64,000 nucleotides of DNA from Verrucomicrobiota bacterium (GTDB lineage: Bacteria; Verrucomicrobiota; Lentisphaeria; JABSQK01; JAJFLO01). Below the pieces are notes generated by a model. It searched no databases, was not told where the DNA came from, and was given only the letters and a program-made list of their open reading frames with translations. The stretch covers positions 5,429 through 69,428 of the forward strand of contig JAJFLO010000068.1 in the NCBI GenBank assembly GCA_021772675.1. The letters are read 5' to 3'. This document shows, piece after piece, positions 8,150 through 19,091 of this stretch. The position numbers were made by a program, and so were the translations under genes. The stretch's first letter is position 1. Each line of letters starts with the position of its first letter.

Positions 8150-10861
8150 TCATCGTTTTGCTTTTTGAAAACGGTCGCGTCGTTGGTCGGTGGTTGGTTT
8201 ATCTGGTTCTGTTTGAGTGATCTTGTCTTCAACAACCTTTTCGGGTTCTTTAACCTTTTTTTCGGGTTGCTTTTTAGAGATTTTTTGTGGTTGGAGACTC
8301 TGGTTTTTGAGACTAACTTTTGCAAATAGAGTACGAATATTTAAAATAGGTAATTGCCAACCGATGCGGGTGACAAGGGTTTCTAGTAAGAAGAGGCATA
8401 GGAAGCAGACAAGAAACCAGTTTGATATATCACGTTGGGCCTTTTCCTGAGGGACAGACCAAATATCACTTAGGTTTATGCGTTCTGTACCTCCGCTGAG
8501 ATTGGAGAGATGTTTAAGTTCTTTGATCCTGGATTTGTCAAATGACCATTCGGGGTTTGTTCCAGCGACGATGGGACCAAATGTTAAGGCGGTATTGCCA
8601 AGCTGGACGGCGCCACGAACCCATTGACCGGATTCAAGTTGGGTTGTGCTCTGAAAATGTCCTGGCTTTAGTCGTTCCCAAATAAGGGTGTTGATTTTTC
8701 CAGATTTACCTTCGGACATGAAAATTTCGGGATTAATCTTGTTCATTTTATCGTGCCACGCATCATCATATTTTAAGTCAAGTGATAAAGTGCTACCGTC
8801 GAGTTTTGCTTTTAACCCGATGCCTTCGGGTAACTCATCCCCCATCAACCATCGACTCAAAGTCTGGATGAAATCGCCATATCGGTTCCAACTTCGAATT
8901 CTGTTTGAATATTCTCCTCCCAATGGAAACGATACTGCCGCGACTCGTCCTATACCTCTCTGCCAATAAGCCAACAACGGCGCATTGTATTCATCGGCTG
9001 ATGATATAGCTACATTCGCTTCCTCTCTGGCATAACTAAGATTGTAACCATCGATTGTGTCTAACCAGTTTATAGAACGGGCCGCTAAACCAAGCCAAAG
9101 TTGATTTGGGGTAATCTGTACCGGATCTTCAAGAAATGCGGATCGGACAATGGCAACGGTTTCCTGGGCAAAAAGTGCGGGAAGTTCAACGGGATCTGAA
9201 TTGAAAAAGATGCGACCATTCCCGCGTTCTGCAATATCTTTTAAAAACTCAGCATCTTTATCATCTTCAGTGCCCAATCCAATAACGCTGATCGTGCCAT
9301 TTTCTCTAACGATTTCGGAGATAAGATCTTTATAGTTTCCTGGTTCTTCTGCATCCGCAGCGTCGGCAAATAGAATAATATGACGTTGCCCGATTGTTGC
9401 TTTTTGCAATTTACTCCAAGCGTTAATCAATCCTGTAAACACATAGATTCCACCACCAGCACTGTTGATGCCTCTAATTGTATTTGAAATACTATTCATG
9501 TTTGGTCCCACCTGAGTAAGGGGCACAATTTCATGGGCTTGACTATCAACAGCAAAAACAGAGATAACATCGTTTGCTCCCAGAAGCTCAACGGAACGCG
9601 CAGCACCTTCATTAGCTAGATCCATCTTTGTGACAACTCCAGAGTCCGTCGTGACATGAGCAGCCATACTGCCAGACCGGTCCATGACAATGGCCATTGC
9701 CACCATCAGTTTTCTATGTTCATGTTTTAACTCCATGGATACAGGTAATAATTCATCAATAGCTGAACCGAAATAACCACCCGAACCAAAGCTATACTTC
9801 CCACCAACCATCATCAACCCACCCCCCTGATGTTGAATATAAAATGGAATGGCGGCAAGAAAAGATTCCGGTAATTGATATGCAGGTACATTATTCAGAA
9901 TCAACGCTTTCACTCCAGATAATTTACCGACATTCAATCGGGAAAAATTGTTGATGACTTCCAATTCAAATCCTTGTTGTTTGAGAACTGCAGCAACCGG
10001 ATCCCGGGTATAACCAGTTAGCAATAATATTCTTGGACCACTAACCACTTCTAACCAATTTTCGCCACGATTATTACCCGGCTTCGTATCGTTTTGTGCT
10101 AAAATCTGTACGGAGTATTTATGGGAGCCTGGAACATGTATTCGGTCTGTAAGGCGTAGGACACCTCGGCCGTCGATTATCTCAACCTTGGTTGTTGAGA
10201 TTGATTCGTTATCACGAAATATCTCAATCGGAAGTGTCTGATCAATATTTCCTGAAACAACGATTTCGATGATATAGGGTTCGCTAAGCTGAGTTTTCTC
10301 GGGCACCACAATTTTGTCGATACGAAAATCGACAGCATTTTCATCAGATACAAGGCGATAATCCATCGCTACATTTTTACTGAGGAGTTGCTCGGCTGCA
10401 TCCAACACTGGATTGGTACTGTAGCCATCGGTTAAAACTAATAGCCTTGATGTCCGATTTGGTTGAAGGCTGGTTAGAGCCAGTTGAATGGCCAGTTTTG
10501 TGCGCGTGTATAAGCCGTTTCCTGAAAACTTTTCCGTGTTGTTATCGCTACGGATAATCGCAATATCGGCATAATCGATATAGAAAATACGATCATTTTT
10601 TGATTTCGTTTTTTGTAAAATCTTATCCCATTCATTGAAGCTGGCGGGTAACGAATCGGCTGCGGATTGGGATCGATCGACCAATAACCAAAGGTCAATC
10701 CCTTTGCCTACCAGATTGATACGAGGATGAACCAGATAACCCACCAGGAATATCAAAGATAAACAGCGTAACGGCCTCCAGAGTTGTAACGATTTCTGAT
10801 ATATACCCAATGAAATTAGTATGGGAATTAAAATTAACCATTCAGGTGAATTCATAAACAT
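8150..10861 (-). CDS. Membrane VWA-domain protein with glutamine-amidotransferase-like domain
   Basis: Two MIDAS-like motifs (DRSQS, DRSGS), LTDG, GGGLMMVGGKYSFGSGGY, N- and C-terminal TM segments. Confidence 0.85.
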   Translation of the reverse strand: MFMNSPEWLILIPILISLGIYQKSLQLWRPLRCLSLIFLVGYLVHPRINLVGKGIDLWLLVDRSQSAADSLPASFNEWDKILQKTKSKNDRIFYIDYADIAIIRSDNNTEKFSGNGLYTRTKLAIQLALTSLQPNRTSRLLVLTDGYSTNPVLDAAEQLLSKNVAMDYRLVSDENAVDFRIDKIVVPEKTQLSEPYIIEIVVSGNIDQTLPIEIFRDNESISTTKVEIIDGRGVLRLTDRIHVPGSHKYSVQILAQNDTKPGNNRGENWLEVVSGPRILLLTGYTRDPVAAVLKQQGFELEVINNFSRLNVGKLSGVKALILNNVPAYQLPESFLAAIPFYIQHQGGGLMMVGGKYSFGSGGYFGSAIDELLPVSMELKHEHRKLMVAMAIVMDRSGSMAAHVTTDSGVVTKMDLANEGAARSVELLGANDVISVFAVDSQAHEIVPLTQVGPNMNSISNTIRGINSAGGGIYVFTGLINAWSKLQKATIGQRHIILFADAADAEEPGNYKDLISEIVRENGTISVIGLGTEDDKDAEFLKDIAERGNGRIFFNSDPVELPALFAQETVAIVRSAFLEDPVQITPNQLWLGLAARSINWLDTIDGYNLSYAREEANVAISSADEYNAPLLAYWQRGIGRVAAVSFPLGGEYSNRIRSWNRYGDFIQTLSRWLMGDELPEGIGLKAKLDGSTLSLDLKYDDAWHDKMNKINPEIFMSEGKSGKINTLIWERLKPGHFQSTTQLESGQWVRGAVQLGNTALTFGPIVAGTNPEWSFDKSRIKELKHLSNLSGGTERINLSDIWSVPQEKAQRDISNWFLVCFLCLFLLETLVTRIGWQLPILNIRTLFAKVSLKNQSLQPQKISKKQPEKKVKEPEKVVEDKITQTEPDKPTTDQRRDRFQKAKR

Positions 10862-10920
10862 AAGACTTTTTTACCACGAATTTTCACAGATTGACACGAA
10901 TAATGATATTTTGATTCATA

Positions 10921-12699
10921 TTAACCACTAAATATTTTTTGCTCCTGCTTAAGGGAATAGTTTCCTAATAGCAGGCCCAAAATCAATAGTGCCCAGATTG
11001 GCCAAAGGGTTTCATGGCGACTGTTTTGAATCGTTAAAGTTTTCACTTTTTCAGCAGAAGGATAGATGGAAACAGCTTTCTTGAAATTAGCCTCGCGTAC
11101 GTCGGCAAAGCTTGATGCACCGTTAAGAAGTGTTTTATTTCCCTGTTTCACGGTAAAAAATCCAGGATAAGCCGGGGCTCGAAGTAAAGTCTGTTTGGAT
11201 GGTCTGAATGCTGTTTCTTTGGCGGCTTCAGAGTCGACGGTATTCGAATTATAAATGATTTCTCTACCATCTGGGTCACAAGCAATTCTGGCTAATTGAC
11301 TCAGTTCATAATTTCCGGACTCTGCAGCGACTTTTTTATCTCTTGATGATTCTATAAACCGATGAAGCAAAATGACAAGCGCAGGTGTTTTCAATGCGTT
11401 GCTGTGATGTAAATCAAAATTTATAATCAATCTTTGGATTGAATCATCGCTGCGTAATAGAATCAAAGGTCGTTTTCCCTGCCAGAGAAGAATCTGATCA
11501 TTTTTTGTTGTGTTCATGTTCAGTGGTTCAGCATTAATAATTAGACTTTGCCAGTTTAGATCTTCCATCAACGGATGATTTTCAGCGATAATTGTCCCAG
11601 TCATTGGAAGCGTATTAGTTGAATGTTCAATGAGGAATGAAACACCATTCTGTATGAATTCGGGTGTTTCATTACTCTGAAACTCAGTGAAGGTTAAGTC
11701 GCTGTCGATTAATGCGTGATTTGGATTTATGTCCTGAAAAACAGTTAGAACCTTCTGATAGAAACTGGCTAAGGGAGAATCTGAATTGAACTTAATGCCT
11801 AATTGTTTCGATTTGGGACGCATGACTGGACAGCGGTCATCCAACGTAAATCTGTCGGGTTCTACGTAGAGAACAAACTGATCTATTCCTGTGGGGAAAA
11901 ATCCGGAAAGCGTCATTGATTCACCGGGATTTAATTGAATCGTATTTTTCTTTTGTTTTTGGTTTTTTGTTTCAATCCACCAGTTTCTCTTTTGCGGAGT
12001 CTGACCATAATTTTTAACAAGCACATTCCATTTAACGGCCTCTTCATTGCGATCAACTTTTAAGCCGGTAAATCCACAATTGTCGATGGGATAACCAACG
12101 GAGAGATGTTCAATATTTACCGGAAGTGACTGTTTATGGTCCGAAACAAAAATAATATGGCCTTTCTGACGAATCATATTTTGGGCGAGGTTGATTGCCG
12201 GTAAAAGATCATGATGCCCCTGACTCGGTGTCCATTTTTTTAATGATTGATGCAACTTATTTAGATCATAGCCGGAATAAAGTGTGCCTTGATTGATATC
12301 TGAGGTTATCAGTATCCATTCGGTTTTTGAAGCCGTGTTTTTAAGTTCGCTTAGTCGCTGATTCAGTCGGTCTTCCAATTCATCTTTAAACGCTGCCATT
12401 GATACAGAATTGTCAAGAATGATCACCGCTTTTAATACGGAGTCTGACCGAAGCCACATTGGCTGGATTAAGAGCCATGTTAGAAGTAGAACAATTAGGA
12501 GCTGCAACCAAAGATTTAGCGAATTACGCAGCCGTGTAACTCGACGGCCGGAGATGTCAGGGGGTTCTGTCTGAGGAAGCAGAAACAGGGTGCTGGTTGG
12601 TATTTCATGATAGTTTCGCTGAAGGCAGTGGATAAGAAGTATAATCGGAATACCTATTAGCGTCAGGAATCCCCAGGGATTTCCAAAGGTCAGGTCCAT
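10921..12699 (-). CDS. BatA N-terminal / VWA domain membrane protein
   Basis: FGNPWGFLTL..IPII..IH BatA N-terminus; LDNSVSM MIDAS; C-terminal LWP TM. Confidence 0.85.
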   Translation of the reverse strand: MDLTFGNPWGFLTLIGIPIILLIHCLQRNYHEIPTSTLFLLPQTEPPDISGRRVTRLRNSLNLWLQLLIVLLLTWLLIQPMWLRSDSVLKAVIILDNSVSMAAFKDELEDRLNQRLSELKNTASKTEWILITSDINQGTLYSGYDLNKLHQSLKKWTPSQGHHDLLPAINLAQNMIRQKGHIIFVSDHKQSLPVNIEHLSVGYPIDNCGFTGLKVDRNEEAVKWNVLVKNYGQTPQKRNWWIETKNQKQKKNTIQLNPGESMTLSGFFPTGIDQFVLYVEPDRFTLDDRCPVMRPKSKQLGIKFNSDSPLASFYQKVLTVFQDINPNHALIDSDLTFTEFQSNETPEFIQNGVSFLIEHSTNTLPMTGTIIAENHPLMEDLNWQSLIINAEPLNMNTTKNDQILLWQGKRPLILLRSDDSIQRLIINFDLHHSNALKTPALVILLHRFIESSRDKKVAAESGNYELSQLARIACDPDGREIIYNSNTVDSEAAKETAFRPSKQTLLRAPAYPGFFTVKQGNKTLLNGASSFADVREANFKKAVSIYPSAEKVKTLTIQNSRHETLWPIWALLILGLLLGNYSLKQEQKIFSG

Positions 12700-13598
12700 A
12701 CCTCAACGACTCCATTTTCGAGTGCCTCATGGCGAAGGGCCTCAATGAATTCACCTGTCTCTGGAATTTTTGCGATCTGAATTTTATAACGTCGACACTG
12801 TTCAAACCACATGTCGAAATGTCGCAGATAAGCATTCTTGTAACGTTCCAAAGTGATTGAGTCGACCTGACGACGGTGAATCATTGATGATTCGACATCG
12901 ATCAGATCCACGTTACCTGACCAGTCCGGCGTGGCTTCCTCCCGAGAATAGGGAACGAATATCACGCCACGGCCTTTCGCTGAATAGAGTGATGACAAAA
13001 TATTATCATAGCCTTCAGGGTACAATAAGTCAGATATCAAAATTCTCATGGATCCATATGCCCAGGGAATTTCGGTTAAAACTGGTGCATGATCAGGATA
13101 CAGTGGCATCGGAGTTACGTCCCATTTACCTGCAAGTATCAAACTTTTTGACAGTTCGCACCAACCATCGCCATGGGTTTGATATACTTTTACTGATGCA
13201 CCTGATTGAAGGGCATTTTTTAAGCAAAAATAAAACAATTCGAGTGTCCGGTAGGTTTTCCGCTGATCAATAAACATCGAGTTTGACACATCCAAAACCA
13301 GATCAACCTGAGGATTCACTTCTTCCCGGTACAATTTCATTGTGTACTGGCCGGATCGGGCGAATATCTGCCAATTTATATAGCGCGGATCGTCTCCCGG
13401 ATAGTAGGCTCGGTGGTCTTGAAAATCAATGGAACTACCAATGCCTGATCCCATCCAGTTTCCCGCAGACCCCTGCCAATTATTTTTCCGAAATGGCAGA
13501 TGAATCTGTTGTGCAATGATTTCCATATCTGCCTGGATTTTATTGAGATCGATTGTATACAAACATGCTGGAAAGGAATTTGTTAATGATAGGTTCAA
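12690..13598 (-). CDS. DUF58 domain protein
   Basis: GSSIDFQDHRAYYPGDDPRYINW, LDVSNSM, ISDLL. Confidence 0.9.
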   Translation of the reverse strand: MNLSLTNSFPACLYTIDLNKIQADMEIIAQQIHLPFRKNNWQGSAGNWMGSGIGSSIDFQDHRAYYPGDDPRYINWQIFARSGQYTMKLYREEVNPQVDLVLDVSNSMFIDQRKTYRTLELFYFCLKNALQSGASVKVYQTHGDGWCELSKSLILAGKWDVTPMPLYPDHAPVLTEIPWAYGSMRILISDLLYPEGYDNILSSLYSAKGRGVIFVPYSREEATPDWSGNVDLIDVESSMIHRRQVDSITLERYKNAYLRHFDMWFEQCRRYKIQIAKIPETGEFIEALRHEALENGVVEVWT

Positions 13599-13601
13599 GG
13601 T

Positions 13602-15038
13602 TCAGGGGTTCGGGGGTTCAAGGTTCAGGGGTTCAGGGGTTAAAATTTTATTCTGTTCGAGATTCAATTCTATCTCTCGAATTTTCTGTATATTTTTTTT
13701 CACTTTGGGTGCCAGAATTAGAATACAGATGATTGTCGTTGATAATGGCATCGTCATCTCAGGAATTACCATTCCCCTTTTTTCCCAGGTAAATAAAGCT
13801 GCACTTGGCAGGAGATAAATATAATCCATGATTTTGCTGTCTACTTCATCTTTTGCAGCCAAAAGTATGACAACAAGAATCAATACACAGACCTGGATTA
13901 TCCAATAAAATTTATATATAGATTTTTTAGAAGGGAAACATAACGTCACAAGGGCTAAAGGCATGATGATTGTTCCGATGATGGCAACAAAATGCGCCAG
14001 CATATTTTCACTATCTGGATATTTCATACCTGTCAATGCCTGTAGAATTATTAACGTTGTGACAAAGTAGAGTAAACCACTGCACCATCCTGGATAGAAC
14101 AGAAATCGCAATCGTTTAATCAATCTGTTCCCTGTTAAAAGATTTTGAGAAATCGATGGGATCATCTTTATGTCTTCAGTAATAGCCTCTACCCATATAA
14201 TCAGCATGGGCACCACGGTGCAGCCGAGGACGATATTCTTCTCAAGGTCCGTCAAAAAAAGCAATGCACAAACCAGGAGAAACGCAAAGCCGATCCATCG
14301 TTTTCTGGCACTGTAGTTTTCTGCATGAGGTGCAATTTTTGAGGCACCTATTGTGAGCATAAACACAATTAATAGTGGGCAAAATATCATTAAAAATAGT
14401 ATTAAATCACTATCTACCTTTGGCATTCGTCTAAAGATTCTCATTTGGCCCAAAATCATCATTAAAAAATAGAAGAAAATAATACTCCCAACGACCTGGC
14501 TTACTCTGCTTGAACTCCGTTTCGATTTCGTTTTAGAGACATAGGCCGATTGGGCAATGGCCATTGAGGTGAATAACATTGAGAGAATCAGTAAAATTGC
14601 GAAGATCTTGAAATCAGCCAGCAGATTTATTCCACCCAGATAATATCGAAGAATAAAATAGGGTAAGATCGAACTAAATAGCAGTAGTATTTGTGATCCA
14701 TAAGACAACCATTTTCCAAAGACAATGCGCCATGCTGTTAGTCGGGTTAACATGACTAGTTCCATTGTATTCTGTTCTACTTCCCTACTAATAGAATGAA
14801 TTCCTCTTCCCGGAAGAACGAAAAGCAGCAATAGACCAACCATCGACCAGAACAAACCGTTATAACCTTCGGTGCTTTTCCCTGCATTAACTGCAATCAA
14901 TCCCATAATGACGGTACCAATCATAAGTATTTGAGTCAGTAAAAACCAACCAGTAAAGACCTTGCTCCTCAACCCTTGGCGCAGTTCTTTGACAAGTACC
15001 GGACTTAAATAATCGCTTTTATCTTTTTGTATCTTCAT
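13602..15038 (-). CDS. ABC-2-type permease-like membrane protein
   Basis: SPVLVKELRQGLR, SISREVEQNTMELVMLT.L...IVFGK; many TM helices. Confidence 0.8.
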   Translation of the reverse strand: MKIQKDKSDYLSPVLVKELRQGLRSKVFTGWFLLTQILMIGTVIMGLIAVNAGKSTEGYNGLFWSMVGLLLLFVLPGRGIHSISREVEQNTMELVMLTRLTAWRIVFGKWLSYGSQILLLFSSILPYFILRYYLGGINLLADFKIFAILLILSMLFTSMAIAQSAYVSKTKSKRSSSRVSQVVGSIIFFYFLMMILGQMRIFRRMPKVDSDLILFLMIFCPLLIVFMLTIGASKIAPHAENYSARKRWIGFAFLLVCALLFLTDLEKNIVLGCTVVPMLIIWVEAITEDIKMIPSISQNLLTGNRLIKRLRFLFYPGWCSGLLYFVTTLIILQALTGMKYPDSENMLAHFVAIIGTIIMPLALVTLCFPSKKSIYKFYWIIQVCVLILVVILLAAKDEVDSKIMDYIYLLPSAALFTWEKRGMVIPEMTMPLSTTIICILILAPKVKKNIQKIREIELNLEQNKILTPEPLNLEPPNP

Positions 15039-15174
15039 TTTTTTAACACCTAAAAATTCTTTTACTCGTAATCTTAGTTCTTATTCTTCCGGCAATTCAC
15101 TAGTCCCTATCTTTTGATTAAGAGTAAGAAGTATGATTAAGATTATGAAAAATACTTTAACAGTCCATATGCTT

Positions 15175-16137
15175 TTAATTCTCTATACCCATATTTCCGT
15201 TTTCCGCTTTTCTAATTATATCTACAAATGCGTCTTCAAGTTTGTGTTCCACGAAGTGAAACTCAATAACTTGCAATCCATCATTAACCATTCGTTTTAA
15301 TGTTGCAGCAATAAATTCATGTTCGTCTGATTCGATAGCAATGTGACCGCCATCTTTAGTCTCATTAACCAGTGATACTCCCGGATTCATTGATACCCAT
15401 TCAGATAAACCATCGAGACCAGAGGCTAATCGTACATTAATTATGTGTTTACTATCATCCTTGCGTTTAAGTTTTTCAGATGATCCGTGGTGAACAATTT
15501 TGCCATTATCAATGAATAACATGGTATCACACATTTCACTGAGTTCTGATAATATATGTGAACTGATGAAAATGGTTTTACCCTCTTTTGCCAGCAAAAT
15601 AATCAGGTTTCTCAGTTCTATCCTCGCCTTCGGATCAAGACCCGCCGCCGGTTCATCCAATACTAAAACATCAGGATCATGAAGTAAGGTACGTCCTAAG
15701 CAAAGACGCTGCCCCATTCCTTTTGACAGTTGATCCACATACCGAGTCTCTATAGAACTTAAATCTGTAAACTCCATGATCTCCTGAATTCGGCTCTGAC
15801 GATCGTCGCCCTGGTAGCCAAATGCCCTTGCATAAAAATCGAGGTACTCAAATACCGTCATCATGTCATATTTACCATACGCGTCTGGCATCCAACCGAT
15901 AGTCGGACGTACCTTATTCGGGTGATTAACGACGTCGACTCCGTTGATCCTGATGCTGCCTGAATCTGGTTGATCCAGCGTGACCATCATACGCATAATG
16001 GTTGTTTTTCCAGCACCGTTTGCACCAATAAAACCGACAACCTGCCCGGACAAAATTTCAAACGAGACGTTCCGCACCGCATGTACATCGCCAAAAGAAC
16101 GACTCAGATTATTTACCTCAATTACTGGAGTACTCAT
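15175..16137 (-). CDS. ABC transporter ATP-binding protein
   Basis: GANGAGKTT, LSKGM signature, VLDEPAAGLD, SSH. Confidence 0.95.
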   Translation of the reverse strand: MSTPVIEVNNLSRSFGDVHAVRNVSFEILSGQVVGFIGANGAGKTTIMRMMVTLDQPDSGSIRINGVDVVNHPNKVRPTIGWMPDAYGKYDMMTVFEYLDFYARAFGYQGDDRQSRIQEIMEFTDLSSIETRYVDQLSKGMGQRLCLGRTLLHDPDVLVLDEPAAGLDPKARIELRNLIILLAKEGKTIFISSHILSELSEMCDTMLFIDNGKIVHHGSSEKLKRKDDSKHIINVRLASGLDGLSEWVSMNPGVSLVNETKDGGHIAIESDEHEFIAATLKRMVNDGLQVIEFHFVEHKLEDAFVDIIRKAENGNMGIEN

Positions 16138-16260
16138 TTTTTGTATCTTTATTTAAAAATTTAATTCCTCGACGGTTGCCATCCTCGTTTAGCACACTCA
16201 CCAGACGTGAGCTTTCTCATAATGTCGATAGTCAATATTTGGCTACATCGAGGCCAATAG

Positions 16261-18084
16261 CTATTCATGTAGTGTCGATACCATCGGAGTTACCTGGCCA
16301 AAATAAAACACGGGTTCATCTTGCCAGCGAATATGTCGCGAGGTTTCAATCGCAACATTTTTTGCAGCTGATGAAGTCGCAAAAAAATAATTACTTTTGC
16401 CATTCGCTTTCTGTAATATCTTGCCGACATTTTGACCCGCATAATGCTGATATGAATTAAACCATTTTCTAAACGTATCTAAATCGGCGTAAATCAATTC
16501 CTTGGTTTCACCAGTCCTCATGTTTGTACATGTCCATATCTGCCCGGATGCATCGATATAATAAAATTTGTCCAGTGTATTCAAAAGAGAAGATTTGCAT
16601 TTCAATATATCAGACTCATTCTCGCTAACTTTTTCAATCTCTATTTTGCCTCGAGTCGAATCAACTTTCATCAGGAATTGACCCTGTAACTGACGACTGC
16701 GAAACCAATCGTCTGCATACATATTCTCATCTACAGAATAGCTGTTTAATTCTCTTTTTTGGTAATGAGGTATTTTTATCTTTTGGGCCAAATTTAATGA
16801 CGTGATATATAGATCGTCATCCCCCCTAAATTTTTGTGATAGCAATATCCCTGTGCTAGATATCTGTTCCTGGGATGTAATTTGAGTCATTATATTGGGA
16901 ATTATTTGTACAGTCGTAAATCGACGCCCTCTACCCCCAACACCGTCCTGGAAGATCATTAATAAAATTAATATGAGGCTAGCGATAATCGCAATGAGTG
17001 GTGTTGTCCACAAAAGTTGCATTGGCCGTCCTTTTTTTCTTGACGACCGTAAATTCAACGGCCCAACTACCCATGCAAATACAATAATAAAGCCTACAAT
17101 CATAAAATTTTTCACAGGTTTTGAATCGACTCCCTCCCGCAATGGCCAGGCATCGGCATATTTAGCATTGAGTCGGTCTGTAATCCTAGACGTGTTCGTT
17201 AAGGACTCCGAAAAGTTTAGTGATGTTAAATTATTCTGATGTACCGGAACCATTCTAACAAATCCGGCACCAATCTGAACATAATTAGACTGTTGATTGA
17301 TCGCACGAAAATCTGAAGGAGTTTCCCTTCCAGGAAAGTATAAATTTCCACCCTGAATCAACCATGTTTTTAGCGCATGTTTCGATTCTGCGGATAATTG
17401 AGACCAGTCAGATATCGTCATCCAGATACACTCGATACCTGTTAACCCCAACCAGTTACCTGGAAACTCGCCGGGATTAAATGAAGAACCAAACAGGTCA
17501 ATATTCCGTAATCGCTGCTTTACTAATTTCGTTTTAGTCCCTTTGCGCCTGGATTTCTGTTCCTTCATAACAGTTTCATTATAATAGTTATTTAGGAGTC
17601 CCCAATGTTGCTGGTGAAGCACATCGCTCATTAGCAAATAGGGAGTTTTTGCCACACTGGAATATCGTGGACCTGAGGCGGGAAATTTAATTTTTCGATT
17701 ACTAATCCCGAACCCCGAGATGTCGCCAAGTATTTGTTGGTGATAATACCGATTTACTCCAGACGTATAGATTGGAACGTTTATACTGAAGATTCGTTCA
17801 ACATTATTTTTGACCGTGAATCGTTTATTAAATTCAATCTTACCTGAATTTAACTGATATTGATTGATGGCCGATATGAATGTAAAATCCCAGTGCCTGG
17901 TTTTTCCAGAATGATTGGTAATTCGGATATTGACTGGCATGTATCCAGATTGTGGCAGTGCTTCAAAAGGCGATGAAACTTTTATATCAATATTGGCGTC
18001 ATTGTCATAATTCACTCGGGAAAACGGATAATCTGCGTAACAATTAAATAGGAGAATGAAAAATATAAGGAATAATTTCTTCAA
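16261..18084 (-). CDS. Exported/membrane hypothetical protein of the MoxR-VWA cluster
   Basis: Signal peptide, two TM helices (VVGPLN, WTTP), overlapping neighbour. Confidence 0.7.
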   Translation of the reverse strand: MKKLFLIFFILLFNCYADYPFSRVNYDNDANIDIKVSSPFEALPQSGYMPVNIRITNHSGKTRHWDFTFISAINQYQLNSGKIEFNKRFTVKNNVERIFSINVPIYTSGVNRYYHQQILGDISGFGISNRKIKFPASGPRYSSVAKTPYLLMSDVLHQQHWGLLNNYYNETVMKEQKSRRKGTKTKLVKQRLRNIDLFGSSFNPGEFPGNWLGLTGIECIWMTISDWSQLSAESKHALKTWLIQGGNLYFPGRETPSDFRAINQQSNYVQIGAGFVRMVPVHQNNLTSLNFSESLTNTSRITDRLNAKYADAWPLREGVDSKPVKNFMIVGFIIVFAWVVGPLNLRSSRKKGRPMQLLWTTPLIAIIASLILILLMIFQDGVGGRGRRFTTVQIIPNIMTQITSQEQISSTGILLSQKFRGDDDLYITSLNLAQKIKIPHYQKRELNSYSVDENMYADDWFRSRQLQGQFLMKVDSTRGKIEIEKVSENESDILKCKSSLLNTLDKFYYIDASGQIWTCTNMRTGETKELIYADLDTFRKWFNSYQHYAGQNVGKILQKANGKSNYFFATSSAAKNVAIETSRHIRWQDEPVFYFGQVTPMVSTLHE

Positions 18085-19091
18085 TTAACATCCTTAATTG
18101 TAGCAGGAATTCCTTGCTGATTGACCGGTATTTTTTTCAATATTGAATCGACAATCATGGATGTGGTTTTTCCATCTAGTTTCGCACGGTAATCAAGGAT
18201 GATTCGATGTTGTAAGACCGGCTTAGCAAGGGCTTTCACGTCTTCGAAACTCGCATTGATTCGCCCATTTAACAAGGCTCTGGCTTTTGCTCCTGCAGCA
18301 AGTCCTAAGGCTGCTCGAGGACTGGCCCCAAATTTTATCAACGATGAATTGGGGTCTTTTTCATGTGTTGCATCGACTATCCGAGCAATATAATTTGCAA
18401 CAACATCCGGCAAATAAACTCTGTGAACCAAGGCGATTAATTCAAGAATATCATTCTTGTTCATTATGGAATCTATATTGGGTTCTATACCCATTTCTCG
18501 TTCATTGACAATCTTTTCAAGAGTACTAACATCATTGCGATAGACATTCAGCTTAAACAGAAACCGATCAAGTTGTGCCTCAGGCAGTGGATACGTCCCT
18601 TCAAGTTCGATAGGGTTCTGGGTGGCGAGAACAAAAAAAGGATCTGCGATTTGGTGAACCTCGCCCATGACAGTGACATGCTGTTCCTGCATGGCTTCGA
18701 GCATCGCTGACTGAGTTTTTGGTGATGCCCGATTAATTTCATCAGCAAGAATCAAATTTCCAAAAATAGGGCCTTTTTGAAAGACAAATTCTCGTTTGCC
18801 TTCATTTTCCTGCAAGACTGGATTGCCCGTAATATCACCAGGAAGCAAATCGGGTGTAAATTGAATTCTCTTGTGATCTAACTGGATACACTTCGCAAGG
18901 GATTTGACTAATTCGGTTTTTCCTAATCCGGGCAACCCTTCGAGTAAAATATGACCGCGGGCAAGTAGTCCAATAATTACATTTTCAATGAGATTCTTTT
19001 GACCAAAAATTGTCGAATTAAGTGTGTCAGCAAGTTTATATATTTTTTTTGATGCTGCAGTCGATTCACTTTCGCTGATATGTTTTATCAT
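18081..19091 (-). CDS. moxR: MoxR-family AAA+ ATPase
   Basis: GLPGLGKT, RIQFTPDLLPGDITG, DEINRA, ATQNPIE.EGTYPLPEAQLDRF. Confidence 0.95.
   Translation of the reverse strand: MIKHISESESTAASKKIYKLADTLNSTIFGQKNLIENVIIGLLARGHILLEGLPGLGKTELVKSLAKCIQLDHKRIQFTPDLLPGDITGNPVLQENEGKREFVFQKGPIFGNLILADEINRASPKTQSAMLEAMQEQHVTVMGEVHQIADPFFVLATQNPIELEGTYPLPEAQLDRFLFKLNVYRNDVSTLEKIVNEREMGIEPNIDSIMNKNDILELIALVHRVYLPDVVANYIARIVDATHEKDPNSSLIKFGASPRAALGLAAGAKARALLNGRINASFEDVKALAKPVLQHRIILDYRAKLDGKTTSMIVDSILKKIPVNQQGIPATIKDVN

Noticed and set aside
5049-8667. Diversity-generating retroelement TR/VR pair
   Set aside because: Mismatches involve all four bases and are often synonymous rather than adenine-specific; the repeat is too long and there is no reverse transcriptase in the window
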